Positions 48,432 through 56,849 of a stretch of 64,000 bases of DNA are shown piece by piece. The position numbers were made by a program, and so were the translations under genes. The DNA comes from an uncultured Clostridia bacterium. Its GTDB lineage: Bacteria; Bacillota; Clostridia; TANB77; CAG-508. Positions within the stretch are counted from its first letter, which is position 1, and every line of letters starts with the position of its first letter. The DNA lies in assembly GCA_947630235.1 (NCBI GenBank), contig CANRGN010000006.1, forward strand, positions 2,829 to 66,828. The letters are read 5' to 3'. Under the pieces are notes generated by a model. It did not search any database. It was not told the origin of the DNA and worked only from the letters and a program-made list of their open reading frames with translations.

Positions 48432-50363
48432 TTACTTTTTGTTTGAAATCTCTTTCTTTATATTTTCTATAAACTCATCTACTTTATAAACACCAATATC
48501 ACCATTATCTCTTGAACGCACACTAACACTATTAGATTCTACTTCCTTATCACCAACTACAAGCATATATGGAATTTTCTGCATTTGAGCATCACGTATT
48601 TTATAACCTGTCTTTTCTTGTCTGTCATCTAGTTCTACTCTAATATCTTCATCTTCTATTGCTTTCTTTATTTTATTTGCATATTCAAGATGATTATCTG
48701 ATATAGGCAATATTTTTACTTGTACTGGAGATAACCATGTTGGTAAAGCTCCTTTGAATTGCTCCAAAATTAATGCTATAAATCTTTCATAAGAACCAAG
48801 TATTGCTCTGTGTACCATAACTGGTGTTTGCTTTTCTCCATTTTGATCAATATAATATAATCCAAATCTTTTTGGAGTTGAGAAATCTACTTGAACAGTA
48901 GGAATTTGAACTTCTCTTCCTAATGCATCAGTGAACATAAAGTCTAATTTTGGTCCATATAAAGCCGCCTCTCCTTCACATCTTTTTGCATCTAATTTTA
49001 GTTCATCTGATATCTCTTGAAGCATTTTTTCACATAAATCCCAATCTTCTTTGTTACCTATATATTTTTCTGGATGATCATAATCCCTTACAGATAATGA
49101 AACCCAATGATTTTCCCATAATCCCATTCTAGTATAAAAATCTCTTATAATATTACACATATTAATTATTTCATCTTTTACTTGATCTATTCTACAGAAT
49201 GAATGACCATCTTCAATTGTTATTGCATAAACTCTAGATAAACCTCCTACAGAACCTTGCAACTCTGCTCTGTATTGTTTATCTGATTCCATATATCTTA
49301 TTGGTAAATCTTTATAACTTCTCATTTTTGAAGCATATATTTGAGTATGATGTGGACATTGAACAGGTTTTAATACAAATTCATGTCCCTTAGGTGAATT
49401 GACCCTAAATAATTCATCATTAAATTTTTGGGCATGTCCTGATGTTTCAAATAAACTTATATTAGCAAGAGATGGACAACTTACTTTTTGAAATCCATAA
49501 CTTCTACAAATTTTTTCTATTTCTTTTTGTAATGTATCTTTAACCATTGTTCCTTTAGGTGTATATAAAGGTAATCCACCACCAACATAATCTGAAAAGC
49601 AAAATAAATCTAATTCTTTTCCTATCTTTCTATGATCTCTTTCTTTTGCTTCTTCTAAAAATTTTAAATGCTCCTCTAGCATAGATGTTTTTGGGAAAGA
49701 TATTCCGTAGATTCTTTGTAAAACCTCTCTATTTTCATCTCCTCTCCAATATGCACTTGAAGATGAAAGTATTTTTACCGCCTTAACTTTTCCTGTACTT
49801 AATAAATGAGGACCAGCACATAAATCTATGAACTCACCTTGTTTGTAAAAAGAAATTTCTACATCATCAGATAAATTTTCAATTAATTCAACTTTATATT
49901 TTTCTTCTTTTTCTTGCATAATTTTTAATGCTTCAGCTTTAGATAAAACAAATTTTTCAATTGGTAAATCTTCTTTTATTATTTTTTTCATTTCATTTTC
50001 AATTTTCTCTTTATCTTCATCTGAAAAAGCTTTATCTATATCAAAATCATAATAGAAACCATTATCTATTGCAGGACCAATTGCAAGCTTTACTTTTGGA
50101 AACAACCTTTTTATTGCTTGAGCCATAATATGAGAAGTTGTGTGCCAATAAGCTTTCTTTCCATCTAAACTACTGTCAAATGTTTCGATTGTTAATTTGC
50201 AATCCTTATTTAATTCATATCTTAAATCCTTAACCTCAGAGTCAACAGTTGCACAACAAGCATTTCTTGCTAAACCTTCGCTAATTTTTTTTGCAACATC
50301 CATTATAGCTGTACCATTTTCTACCTCCATAACAGAATCATCTTTTAAAATAATTTTAATCAT
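48432..50363 (-). CDS. thrS: Threonine--tRNA ligase
   Basis: 643 aa with TGS domain, editing-domain motif HTTSH, class II core and an anticodon-binding C-terminus. Confidence 0.97.
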   Translation of the reverse strand: MIKIILKDDSVMEVENGTAIMDVAKKISEGLARNACCATVDSEVKDLRYELNKDCKLTIETFDSSLDGKKAYWHTTSHIMAQAIKRLFPKVKLAIGPAIDNGFYYDFDIDKAFSDEDKEKIENEMKKIIKEDLPIEKFVLSKAEALKIMQEKEEKYKVELIENLSDDVEISFYKQGEFIDLCAGPHLLSTGKVKAVKILSSSSAYWRGDENREVLQRIYGISFPKTSMLEEHLKFLEEAKERDHRKIGKELDLFCFSDYVGGGLPLYTPKGTMVKDTLQKEIEKICRSYGFQKVSCPSLANISLFETSGHAQKFNDELFRVNSPKGHEFVLKPVQCPHHTQIYASKMRSYKDLPIRYMESDKQYRAELQGSVGGLSRVYAITIEDGHSFCRIDQVKDEIINMCNIIRDFYTRMGLWENHWVSLSVRDYDHPEKYIGNKEDWDLCEKMLQEISDELKLDAKRCEGEAALYGPKLDFMFTDALGREVQIPTVQVDFSTPKRFGLYYIDQNGEKQTPVMVHRAILGSYERFIALILEQFKGALPTWLSPVQVKILPISDNHLEYANKIKKAIEDEDIRVELDDRQEKTGYKIRDAQMQKIPYMLVVGDKEVESNSVSVRSRDNGDIGVYKVDEFIENIKKEISNKK

Positions 50364-50628
50364 AATTTTAAACCTCCTTTTCTTAATATATTGTTAAAAG
50401 CACTCCTAAAAGTACTAATAACAATACTTTTAGGAGTGCTTTCAGCACGGTTCCATCCTAAATTTAACTTAATTTTAGAATACAATAAAATTTACCAAAA
50501 AAATTTCGGAGAGCTAGTTTTTCAAATACATTTACTTAAATTGGATTCCAGCCACGTCCAATTCTCTCTGTAAGAACTCTTATTTTACTTTGTCTCTCAA
50601 TTATTATAAACTAATGCATGATTAAATT
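50364..50628 (-). promoter_or_regulatory. T-box leader (Thr specifier) controlling thrS
   Basis: Minus-strand features: stem I base GAGAG...CTCTC, specifier loop GAAAAACUA (ACU followed by A), and T-box sequence AGGAUGGAACCGUGC. The T-box overlaps the terminator AGCACTCCTAAAAGTA...TACTTTTAGGAGTGCT plus T-run. Confidence 0.8.
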
Positions 50629-50635
50629 TGATAAT

Positions 50636-50664
50636 ATTTTATATCTTTTTATTTTATTTGTCAA
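50636..50664 (-). promoter_or_regulatory. SigA-type promoter of the thrS T-box leader
   Basis: TTGACA, 17-nt spacer, TAAAAT on the minus strand. Confidence 0.55.
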
Positions 50665-50831
50665 CACCAAACTAAAAACTCCCCCATGTCCATTCTTTCT
50701 TTTTAATATGTGGTAAACCAATAGTTTTTAAATATAGCTTCCTCCGTGCTCATGGCTTTACTTGCATTAGTAATGTGGATATTGCACTTACTATCAAATT
50801 TCAAACTTTACCTCACAATGAATAACACGAC

Positions 50832-50864
50832 AAAACAGAGGAAAGAAGAACTTTCCTCTGTTTT
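50832..50864 (-). terminator. Intrinsic terminator after the 50871 gene
   Basis: AAAACAGAGGAAAG...CTTTCCTCTGTTTT. Confidence 0.8.
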
Positions 50865-50870
50865 GTTGAT

Positions 50871-51350
50871 TTAGCTTTCTTTAGATTTCTCTTTAGGTTC
50901 ATGTTCTTTGGGTTCGTATACTACTACGGCAATCACTGTCACAATCAGTAAAAAAAGCCATCCAAGAACACCAATAAGCTGAATGCCTTCACTAAAACCT
51001 AATCGTTCTAGTAACATTGAAGGCCAAATAACTAGGATAGAAAACCCTAATAGTGCTATTGGAGCTAATGCCCATTCTACAATTATCCACGGGCTTGCTT
51101 TATCCTCTTTCCACGGGTCTGTGTCCTTTTTCCTTTTTTCATCCATCTTATCAGCAAAGTACATAAGAATCCCAAAATTTACAAAGATGCCTTCGAAGAA
51201 CGAAACCAAAAGAAGTATTGTTTTCATTTGGCCACTAATGTTGAAGTATTTTACTATTGCGAGGGATATTAGTGGTGGAAGAAAAATGAAACCGATTGCC
51301 ACAAAGATTGTTGCAGCTACGCCGAAACCTGTACATAAAGCCTTTTTCAT
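50871..51350 (-). CDS. Membrane protein (about 159 aa), GC-richer than its flanks
   Basis: Start at MKKALCTGFGV with a strong RBS, aaggagg. Four to five TM helices and a charged tail, EPKEHEPKEKSKES. Confidence 0.6.
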   Translation of the reverse strand: MKKALCTGFGVAATIFVAIGFIFLPPLISLAIVKYFNISGQMKTILLLVSFFEGIFVNFGILMYFADKMDEKRKKDTDPWKEDKASPWIIVEWALAPIALLGFSILVIWPSMLLERLGFSEGIQLIGVLGWLFLLIVTVIAVVVYEPKEHEPKEKSKES

Positions 51351-51563
51351 GTAATACCTCCTTGCTGGAAGACCAGCGGTTGGGAGCCGAAGCTCTGATA
51401 AATTGCCTACATTTTTATTATACCAAATTACTACCAAAAAGTCAAATTATGTAAATCTGGGGTTGGTAATCATCTTCTTCAATTGCATTATTTCTTAATT
51501 TTTCAAGCTCAAAAAAAGATATTTGATTTTAATTCAAATATCTTTTTTCATCGTATTTAATTT

Positions 51564-51658
51564 TTATTTATAAATTTTTTCAGGATGTTCAATTACTTCT
51601 TTTTCAACATTATGAGTCCATTTTTAAAATAATCTAAATGTTGTGCTCCTGCATGCAT
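51564..51658 (-). pseudogene. Short 3'-end remnant of an unidentified gene
   Basis: MHAGAQHLDYFK then, after a frameshift, WTHNVEKEVIEHPEKIYK*. A terminator hairpin follows at 51512-51548. No upstream body is present. Confidence 0.3.
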
Positions 51659-51678
51659 TTAATAAAAAATTAATTATA

Positions 51679-52929
51679 CTAATTTTCAAGATGGAAATAT
51701 GGCATACAAGATCCATCATTTTTTATTAATAAAAATCCCATTCCACCAATTCCATTTTCTTCAAAATTATTGCTTCCGCTTATTTTAACTGCATCAACAA
51801 TATTTTTTGCATTTTCTAGTTTTTTCTCATTAGTATCAAGTTTTAAACTAGAGCTAGCCTCATCTAAATAATAAAGCATATATGTTACAGTTCCATCTTC
51901 TTTCAAAAATAAAATACATTCAGAACCTGTATCTTGACCTTGTTCAAAATACCATGCTTTAACTACATTTTTTGCAAGTATTTCTTGACTATTTGATATA
52001 TATGCTTCACCATTATTATCAATTAATAGTTGATTTTTATTTGCAATATCTACACACAAATTATTTCCATTTCCAAGTTCTTTAGAAACTGAATCTCTAA
52101 AATTTTTTATATAAGAATTATAGTCTATAACTTGATTATTACCATTATCTTCATCTAAATCAGTAGGTTGTATTTCTGTTTCTTTATCAAGATGAAAATA
52201 TGGTATACAAGTTCCATCATTTTTTATTAATAAAAATCCTAATCCACCGATTCCATTTTCCTCAAAATTATTGCTTCCACTTATTTTAACTGCATCAACA
52301 ATATTTTTAGCATTTTCTAGTTTTTTCTCATTAGTATCAAGCTTCAAACTAGAGCTAGCTTCATCTAAATAATAAAGCATATATGTTACAGTTCCATCTT
52401 CTTTCAAAAATAAAATACATTCAGAACCTGTATCCTGTCCTTGTTCAAAATACCATGCTTTAACTACATTTTTTGCAAGTATTTCTTGACTATTTGATAT
52501 ATATGCTTCACCATTATTATCAATTAATAGTTGATTATTATTTGCAATATTTATACATAAATTATTTTCCTTTCCAAGCTCTTTAGAAACTGACTCTGTA
52601 AAATTTTTTATATATAAATTATCGTCTGTAACTTGATTAGTTTCTTTATTTGTTAGATCACTTATATTTTCTTGATTATTACTATTATCTTGATCTAAAT
52701 CATTAGATTGTTGTTCTGTTTCTTCAATTTCATTTTTTTCTTCTTTTAAAATATTTTCTTGATTTTCTAAATTACTTATTGTGTTATTTAACTTTGTGCT
52801 ATTTACATTTTTTTCGCTATAAGATTTGTACAAAAAAAATCCCATAATAACAATTACTATTATTACTATTATTGCTATTATTAATAACAATGTTGTCAAA
52901 CTTATTTTTATTTCTTTTTTTTCTTTCAT
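51679..52929 (-). CDS. N-terminally anchored protein made of two near-identical ~150-aa domains, function unknown
   Basis: Start at MKEKKEIK with RBS aaggagag, then a TM helix. The sequence NNLC.(N/D)IAN.NQLLIDNNGEAYISNSQEILAKNVVKAWYFEQGQDTGSECILFLKEDGTVTYMLYY... occurs twice. Confidence 0.7.
   Translation of the reverse strand: MKEKKEIKISLTTLLLIIAIIVIIVIVIMGFFLYKSYSEKNVNSTKLNNTISNLENQENILKEEKNEIEETEQQSNDLDQDNSNNQENISDLTNKETNQVTDDNLYIKNFTESVSKELGKENNLCINIANNNQLLIDNNGEAYISNSQEILAKNVVKAWYFEQGQDTGSECILFLKEDGTVTYMLYYLDEASSSLKLDTNEKKLENAKNIVDAVKISGSNNFEENGIGGLGFLLIKNDGTCIPYFHLDKETEIQPTDLDEDNGNNQVIDYNSYIKNFRDSVSKELGNGNNLCVDIANKNQLLIDNNGEAYISNSQEILAKNVVKAWYFEQGQDTGSECILFLKEDGTVTYMLYYLDEASSSLKLDTNEKKLENAKNIVDAVKISGSNNFEENGIGGMGFLLIKNDGSCMPYFHLEN
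51688..52650. repeat. Tandem direct duplication, period 501 bp, two copies (coding)
   Basis: aagatggaaatatgg at 51688 matches aagatgaaaatatgg at 52189, and the copies stay collinear for about 450 nt with only scattered substitutions. Confidence 0.9.
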
Positions 52930-53121
52930 TTTTATTTCTCTCCTTTTGTACATTTATTAAATATATAATATATATATTTCTATTAAAAGTCAACTATCAA
53001 TAAAAATTTTCTTATTATGTAAACACCGGGGTGGAGTTTTTGTCCTAAACTGTGGCTCTTCTAATCTTTCTTGTATAATTAAATAAGCATACCTACTTTT
53101 TATTTTTTATTTTTCAATTTT

Positions 53122-53380
53122 TTATTTTTTTGCAACTATTCCATACAATACTCTTTCTAGTAATATTCCTTTTTCTGTTTTAAATCTTTTTATATATTCA
53201 TTAAATAAATCTTGGTCTACTGATTTTAGATGTTCTTGAAACGAATCTTCTATTTCTGAAAAATCATCCAAAATTGGAACTTTTAATAATAATGACATTA
53301 AAACATTCTTCTTCATATTTTATTTCACTAAAATCCCAATTTGCTACTTTTGAATAGTATTCAAATTTTTTTTCTTTCAT
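53122..53380 (-). pseudogene. Remnant of a class I SAM-dependent methyltransferase (internal deletion plus frameshift)
   Basis: N-terminal piece MKEKKFEYYSKVANWDFSEIKYEEE.. (ATG at 53380, RBS gaggag) shifts frame into the track ORF 53122..53316. That ORF ends ..GILLERVLYGIVAKK, and the Rossmann core is missing. Confidence 0.5.
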
Positions 53381-53645
53381 CTTCTATATCTCCTCTTTAT
53401 AAATATTTGGTTGTATCAAAAAAGAACCTCCCTTCTATGAACATAAGCAAAAACAACCATAAAATTTTGCTATGGTTTATATTTTTGCCATTCATAAAGA
53501 AAGATTCTCAACATTCTTTATTATTCAAACTATTTCTAGTTATCAATTCTTTGATAGTATCAAGCGAATGATCGAATTGAAATACTATAACATTATATTA
53601 ATAAGTTGTAAAATCTTTTCACTCTATAGATAGTGTCAATTTTAC

Positions 53646-53686
53646 AAAAAAACAAAGATTATATCTAAAATCTAATCTTTGTTTTT
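53646..53686 (-). terminator. Intrinsic terminator after the ChW metalloprotease gene
   Basis: AAAAAACAAAGATTA...TAATCTTTGTTTTTT. Confidence 0.8.
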
Positions 53687-53703
53687 TATTTAAATAAATT
53701 GTT

Positions 53704-56700
53704 TTATTTTTGTATAAAAGAATTTTCTGTACTACCAGGCGCTTTTCCTCCTTTTTCTACTAATACAATTTCTATTCCTTCTAATCTATATCCATATCCT
53801 GCTGAACCTGAGCTAGCTCCATTCTTTGCCCAACCCATCCAGCCAAAATTTTGGCAATGTACTCTATAATATACATCATATTTTTTAGCCAAATCCCCAG
53901 TTAATCTTATCTTTATTGCTTCTAATCTTAATCCTTTTCCTGATGTTCCTGACATGGCTCCATTTTTTACATAATTTTGCCAACCTATATTTTGCACATG
54001 TGTACAATATTCTATATTTCCTGAAATTCCTAAATTATTTAAATTTATTTTTATTCCTTCTAATCTTAAACTTTGGCCTGATGTACCTGACATCTCTCCT
54101 ACATTTACTAATCCTTGCCATCCCAAATTTTGTACATGTGTTTGATATGTTATTAAATTTTGCTTATATGAATTTGCAGTACTTCCAGGTGCATTTCCAT
54201 TTTTCTTTACTAATTTTATTTGTATTGCTTCTAACCTATAGCCATATCTTGCAGACCCAGACTCAGATCCATTCTTTGCCCAACCCATCCAGCCAAAATT
54301 TTGACAATGTACTCTATAATATATATCATATTGTTTTGAAAGATCTCCTGTTAACCTTATTTTTATTGCCTCTAATCTCAAGCCTTTTCCTGATGTTCCT
54401 GACATGGCTCCATTTTTCACATAATTTTGCCAGCCTATATTTTGCACATGTGTACAATACTCTATATTTCCACTTAAAGAATTATTTTCTAATTTTATAT
54501 TTATACCTTCTAATCTTAATCCTTTACCAGATGTTCCCGCTGTTTCTCCATTTTTTACATAGTTTTGCCAGCCTATATTCTCTACATGTGTACGATAACT
54601 TACATTTGGTGTTTTGATAGTTGTACTTGATGTAGTATTCTTATTTGTACTATTAGTATTGGTATTTTTATTATTGTTTGTACTTGTATTAGAATTATTA
54701 CTTGTATTTGTGTTAGAATTTTTATCTTTAACTGTTACTTTACATGTTGCTGTTTTTCCATTTGAAGTTGTAACAGTAATTGTAGCATTTCCTTTTGCAA
54801 CTGATGTTATTTTTCCGTTTTCATCAACTTTTGCAACTGATGTATCAGAAGATTTCCATGTTAGAGTTTTATCAATAGCATTGTCTGGATTGATTATAGC
54901 TATAAGATTTTCTATATCTCCCTTGGTTAAAGTTATTTCTGTTTTATTTAATGTTACAGTTTTAGGATATATATTAGTATCTTCCCAATGAGCATATAAT
55001 GTATGTTCATTTTCATTTATGACTCTTTGTTTGTCATCAATTAGTTTACCACCTTCGGCTTCAGTAAACCATCCTAAAAATTTATGTCCTTCCCAAACAG
55101 GTTCTTCTGATAATTTTTTTATATTTTCACTATAAAGAGAATATTGATCTACAACTATTTTTTTAGGTTCAGTTTTTCCATCATTGTTGTAATTCAATGT
55201 TACTGTAACTTCTTTCTCTGGTCCATCATCCCATAGTGTATATCCGTCCAAATAATCCATACGAACACGCTTAAATAATGCATATTGATTTGGGAAAAGA
55301 ATCTCTATTGCTCTTGCCCAGTCCTTATTAGTATAAGCTGAAAAATAAATTCTACAAAACTCGGAGAAACATTCGTGATCATTGCTATTGGCATAATCAG
55401 AAACTGCGAAAATATCTTGTTCTCTTGCTACGCTCCACTCCCCATGACTAGAGAAATGGTAACTATTACCATATCCTCTATCAATACTATGACCTAATTC
55501 ATGAACGACTGAATCAAGCATTCCTTCTTCAGTACTACCAGCTACTAACGCAATTTCGATACTGTGTAAATCAGTTAAAAATTTACCAGAAGATGAAAAA
55601 GACTTATAACATGATGCAGTTGTGATATTTTTGCGTAGAACATAAGGAATATATGTTAAAATTTTAGCAAACATTCTCGCATTTGTTATAACTGACAGAC
55701 CACTATCTATAATTGTCATACTAATTGTTTGTTCCAGGTTATTATTTTTATCGTAAATATTGATAGAACATTGATACCTTTTACCATCACCAATACTTTT
55801 ATCTGGTAATTCTTGACCATTTGATACAATTTCACTACGAACATTTTCAGTACCAGGTAGTTCCTTACTAATATGTAAATGATTTAGAAGTTGTAAAGAT
55901 ACAAATGCGTTATTTGGTTTAAGATAAGAGTTTAACTTAGTAAAACAAGTATTTGAATCATTGTTGTTTTCTGAAACTTCTTTGTAAATATTATCAATTT
56001 TTGCACGAGGTGTTTCTTTAGGAACATCTTTATTTTCAAAATATTGTCCTGTACGATCAAATACATCTCCTGCTACACTTTCATAAACACGCTCTAAACG
56101 CTCACGCTGTAATTCAGTAAGTCTTGCATAGCCAGAATTGATTGAAAGCTGATATAATGGACTTTCATTATATAATGGATTAAATGTAAAAACTGCTTTA
56201 TTTTCATTTGAAACAGCTATTAGTTTATTTTCATCAGAAACACCCATATATAAATTATTCTCTAAACTTTTTAAGTAGTATTCGTTTTCTTTATCAGTTT
56301 TTTCTAAAATCCAGTGTTGAGTATCATCATTTAATCCTTCATAATCTTCTGCTCTTTTATTAAAATATCCTCTAAAATTATAGATTGTTGCAAGAAGTTC
56401 CTTATTATCTTCTGCAGTTGCTATTCTATTTTCAGTTAAACGATTTTCAAAAGCATAACTTCCATCTCCCATATCTCTTGGTAAGAATTGAGCCTTTTGT
56501 TGTTCAGTAGTAAGCGTATCATCATCTGACAACCAAAAGTTGTTGTCTTCTTGGTAAACGACTTTTCCATTTACGCATATTTGTTGATAAATTCCTGAAA
56601 AACCAGTATAGGCATACTGGTTTTGCTGTATATCTTGTGTATCAGCAAAAATGTGTGTTCCAAAAGGCATAAGCATTACAATAATCAAAAATATTACCAA

Positions 56701-56724
56701 AATTCTTTTATATTTTTTTACCAT
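53704..56724 (-). CDS. Secreted multidomain zinc metalloprotease (HExxH, M34/ATLF-like) with Flg_new-like, Big_2-like and six ChW repeats
   Basis: Signal peptide. VVHELGHSID with downstream HECFSEF. LGWFTEAEGG...YAHW is Listeria-Bacteroides-type. A Big_2-like segment reads LTWKSSDTSVAKVDENGKITSVAKGNATITV. There are six repeats of Y.THV.N.GWQ......G.SG...RLE.I.I.L. Confidence 0.8.
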   Translation of the reverse strand: MVKKYKRILVIFLIIVMLMPFGTHIFADTQDIQQNQYAYTGFSGIYQQICVNGKVVYQEDNNFWLSDDDTLTTEQQKAQFLPRDMGDGSYAFENRLTENRIATAEDNKELLATIYNFRGYFNKRAEDYEGLNDDTQHWILEKTDKENEYYLKSLENNLYMGVSDENKLIAVSNENKAVFTFNPLYNESPLYQLSINSGYARLTELQRERLERVYESVAGDVFDRTGQYFENKDVPKETPRAKIDNIYKEVSENNNDSNTCFTKLNSYLKPNNAFVSLQLLNHLHISKELPGTENVRSEIVSNGQELPDKSIGDGKRYQCSINIYDKNNNLEQTISMTIIDSGLSVITNARMFAKILTYIPYVLRKNITTASCYKSFSSSGKFLTDLHSIEIALVAGSTEEGMLDSVVHELGHSIDRGYGNSYHFSSHGEWSVAREQDIFAVSDYANSNDHECFSEFCRIYFSAYTNKDWARAIEILFPNQYALFKRVRMDYLDGYTLWDDGPEKEVTVTLNYNNDGKTEPKKIVVDQYSLYSENIKKLSEEPVWEGHKFLGWFTEAEGGKLIDDKQRVINENEHTLYAHWEDTNIYPKTVTLNKTEITLTKGDIENLIAIINPDNAIDKTLTWKSSDTSVAKVDENGKITSVAKGNATITVTTSNGKTATCKVTVKDKNSNTNTSNNSNTSTNNNKNTNTNSTNKNTTSSTTIKTPNVSYRTHVENIGWQNYVKNGETAGTSGKGLRLEGINIKLENNSLSGNIEYCTHVQNIGWQNYVKNGAMSGTSGKGLRLEAIKIRLTGDLSKQYDIYYRVHCQNFGWMGWAKNGSESGSARYGYRLEAIQIKLVKKNGNAPGSTANSYKQNLITYQTHVQNLGWQGLVNVGEMSGTSGQSLRLEGIKINLNNLGISGNIEYCTHVQNIGWQNYVKNGAMSGTSGKGLRLEAIKIRLTGDLAKKYDVYYRVHCQNFGWMGWAKNGASSGSAGYGYRLEGIEIVLVEKGGKAPGSTENSFIQK

Positions 56725-56760
56725 TGAATTTTATCTCCTATTTTATTTTCTTATGAAAAA

Positions 56761-56789
56761 ATAATATCATATCTTCATATTTTTATCAA
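56761..56789 (-). promoter_or_regulatory. Candidate SigA-type promoter of the ChW metalloprotease gene
   Basis: TTGATA, 17-nt spacer, TATTAT on the minus strand, about 35 nt upstream of the start codon. Confidence 0.4.
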
Positions 56790-56849
56790 TAAATTATTTT
56801 TGCTTTAATTATTTGAAAAATATCATGTAACCAAGTCCATATGCTCACT

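Noticed and set aside
50391-50573. Plus-strand 60-aa ORF upstream of thrS
   Set aside because: It lies entirely within the T-box leader on the opposite strand.
53400-53645. Possible riboswitch or leader upstream of the methyltransferase remnant (hairpin AACCATAgcaaaatttTATGGTT plus T-run)
   Set aside because: I found no match to any riboswitch consensus I can recall. The region is very AT-rich, so hairpins are expected by chance, and the downstream gene is a remnant. Only a covariance-model scan could revive this.
51688-54620. Regularly repeated DNA, considered as a possible CRISPR array or satellite
   Set aside because: The repeats are 501-bp units (51688-52650) and ChW-domain duplications (53760-54600). 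Both are in-frame inside long ORFs. There is no short repeat-spacer periodicity and there are no cas genes.
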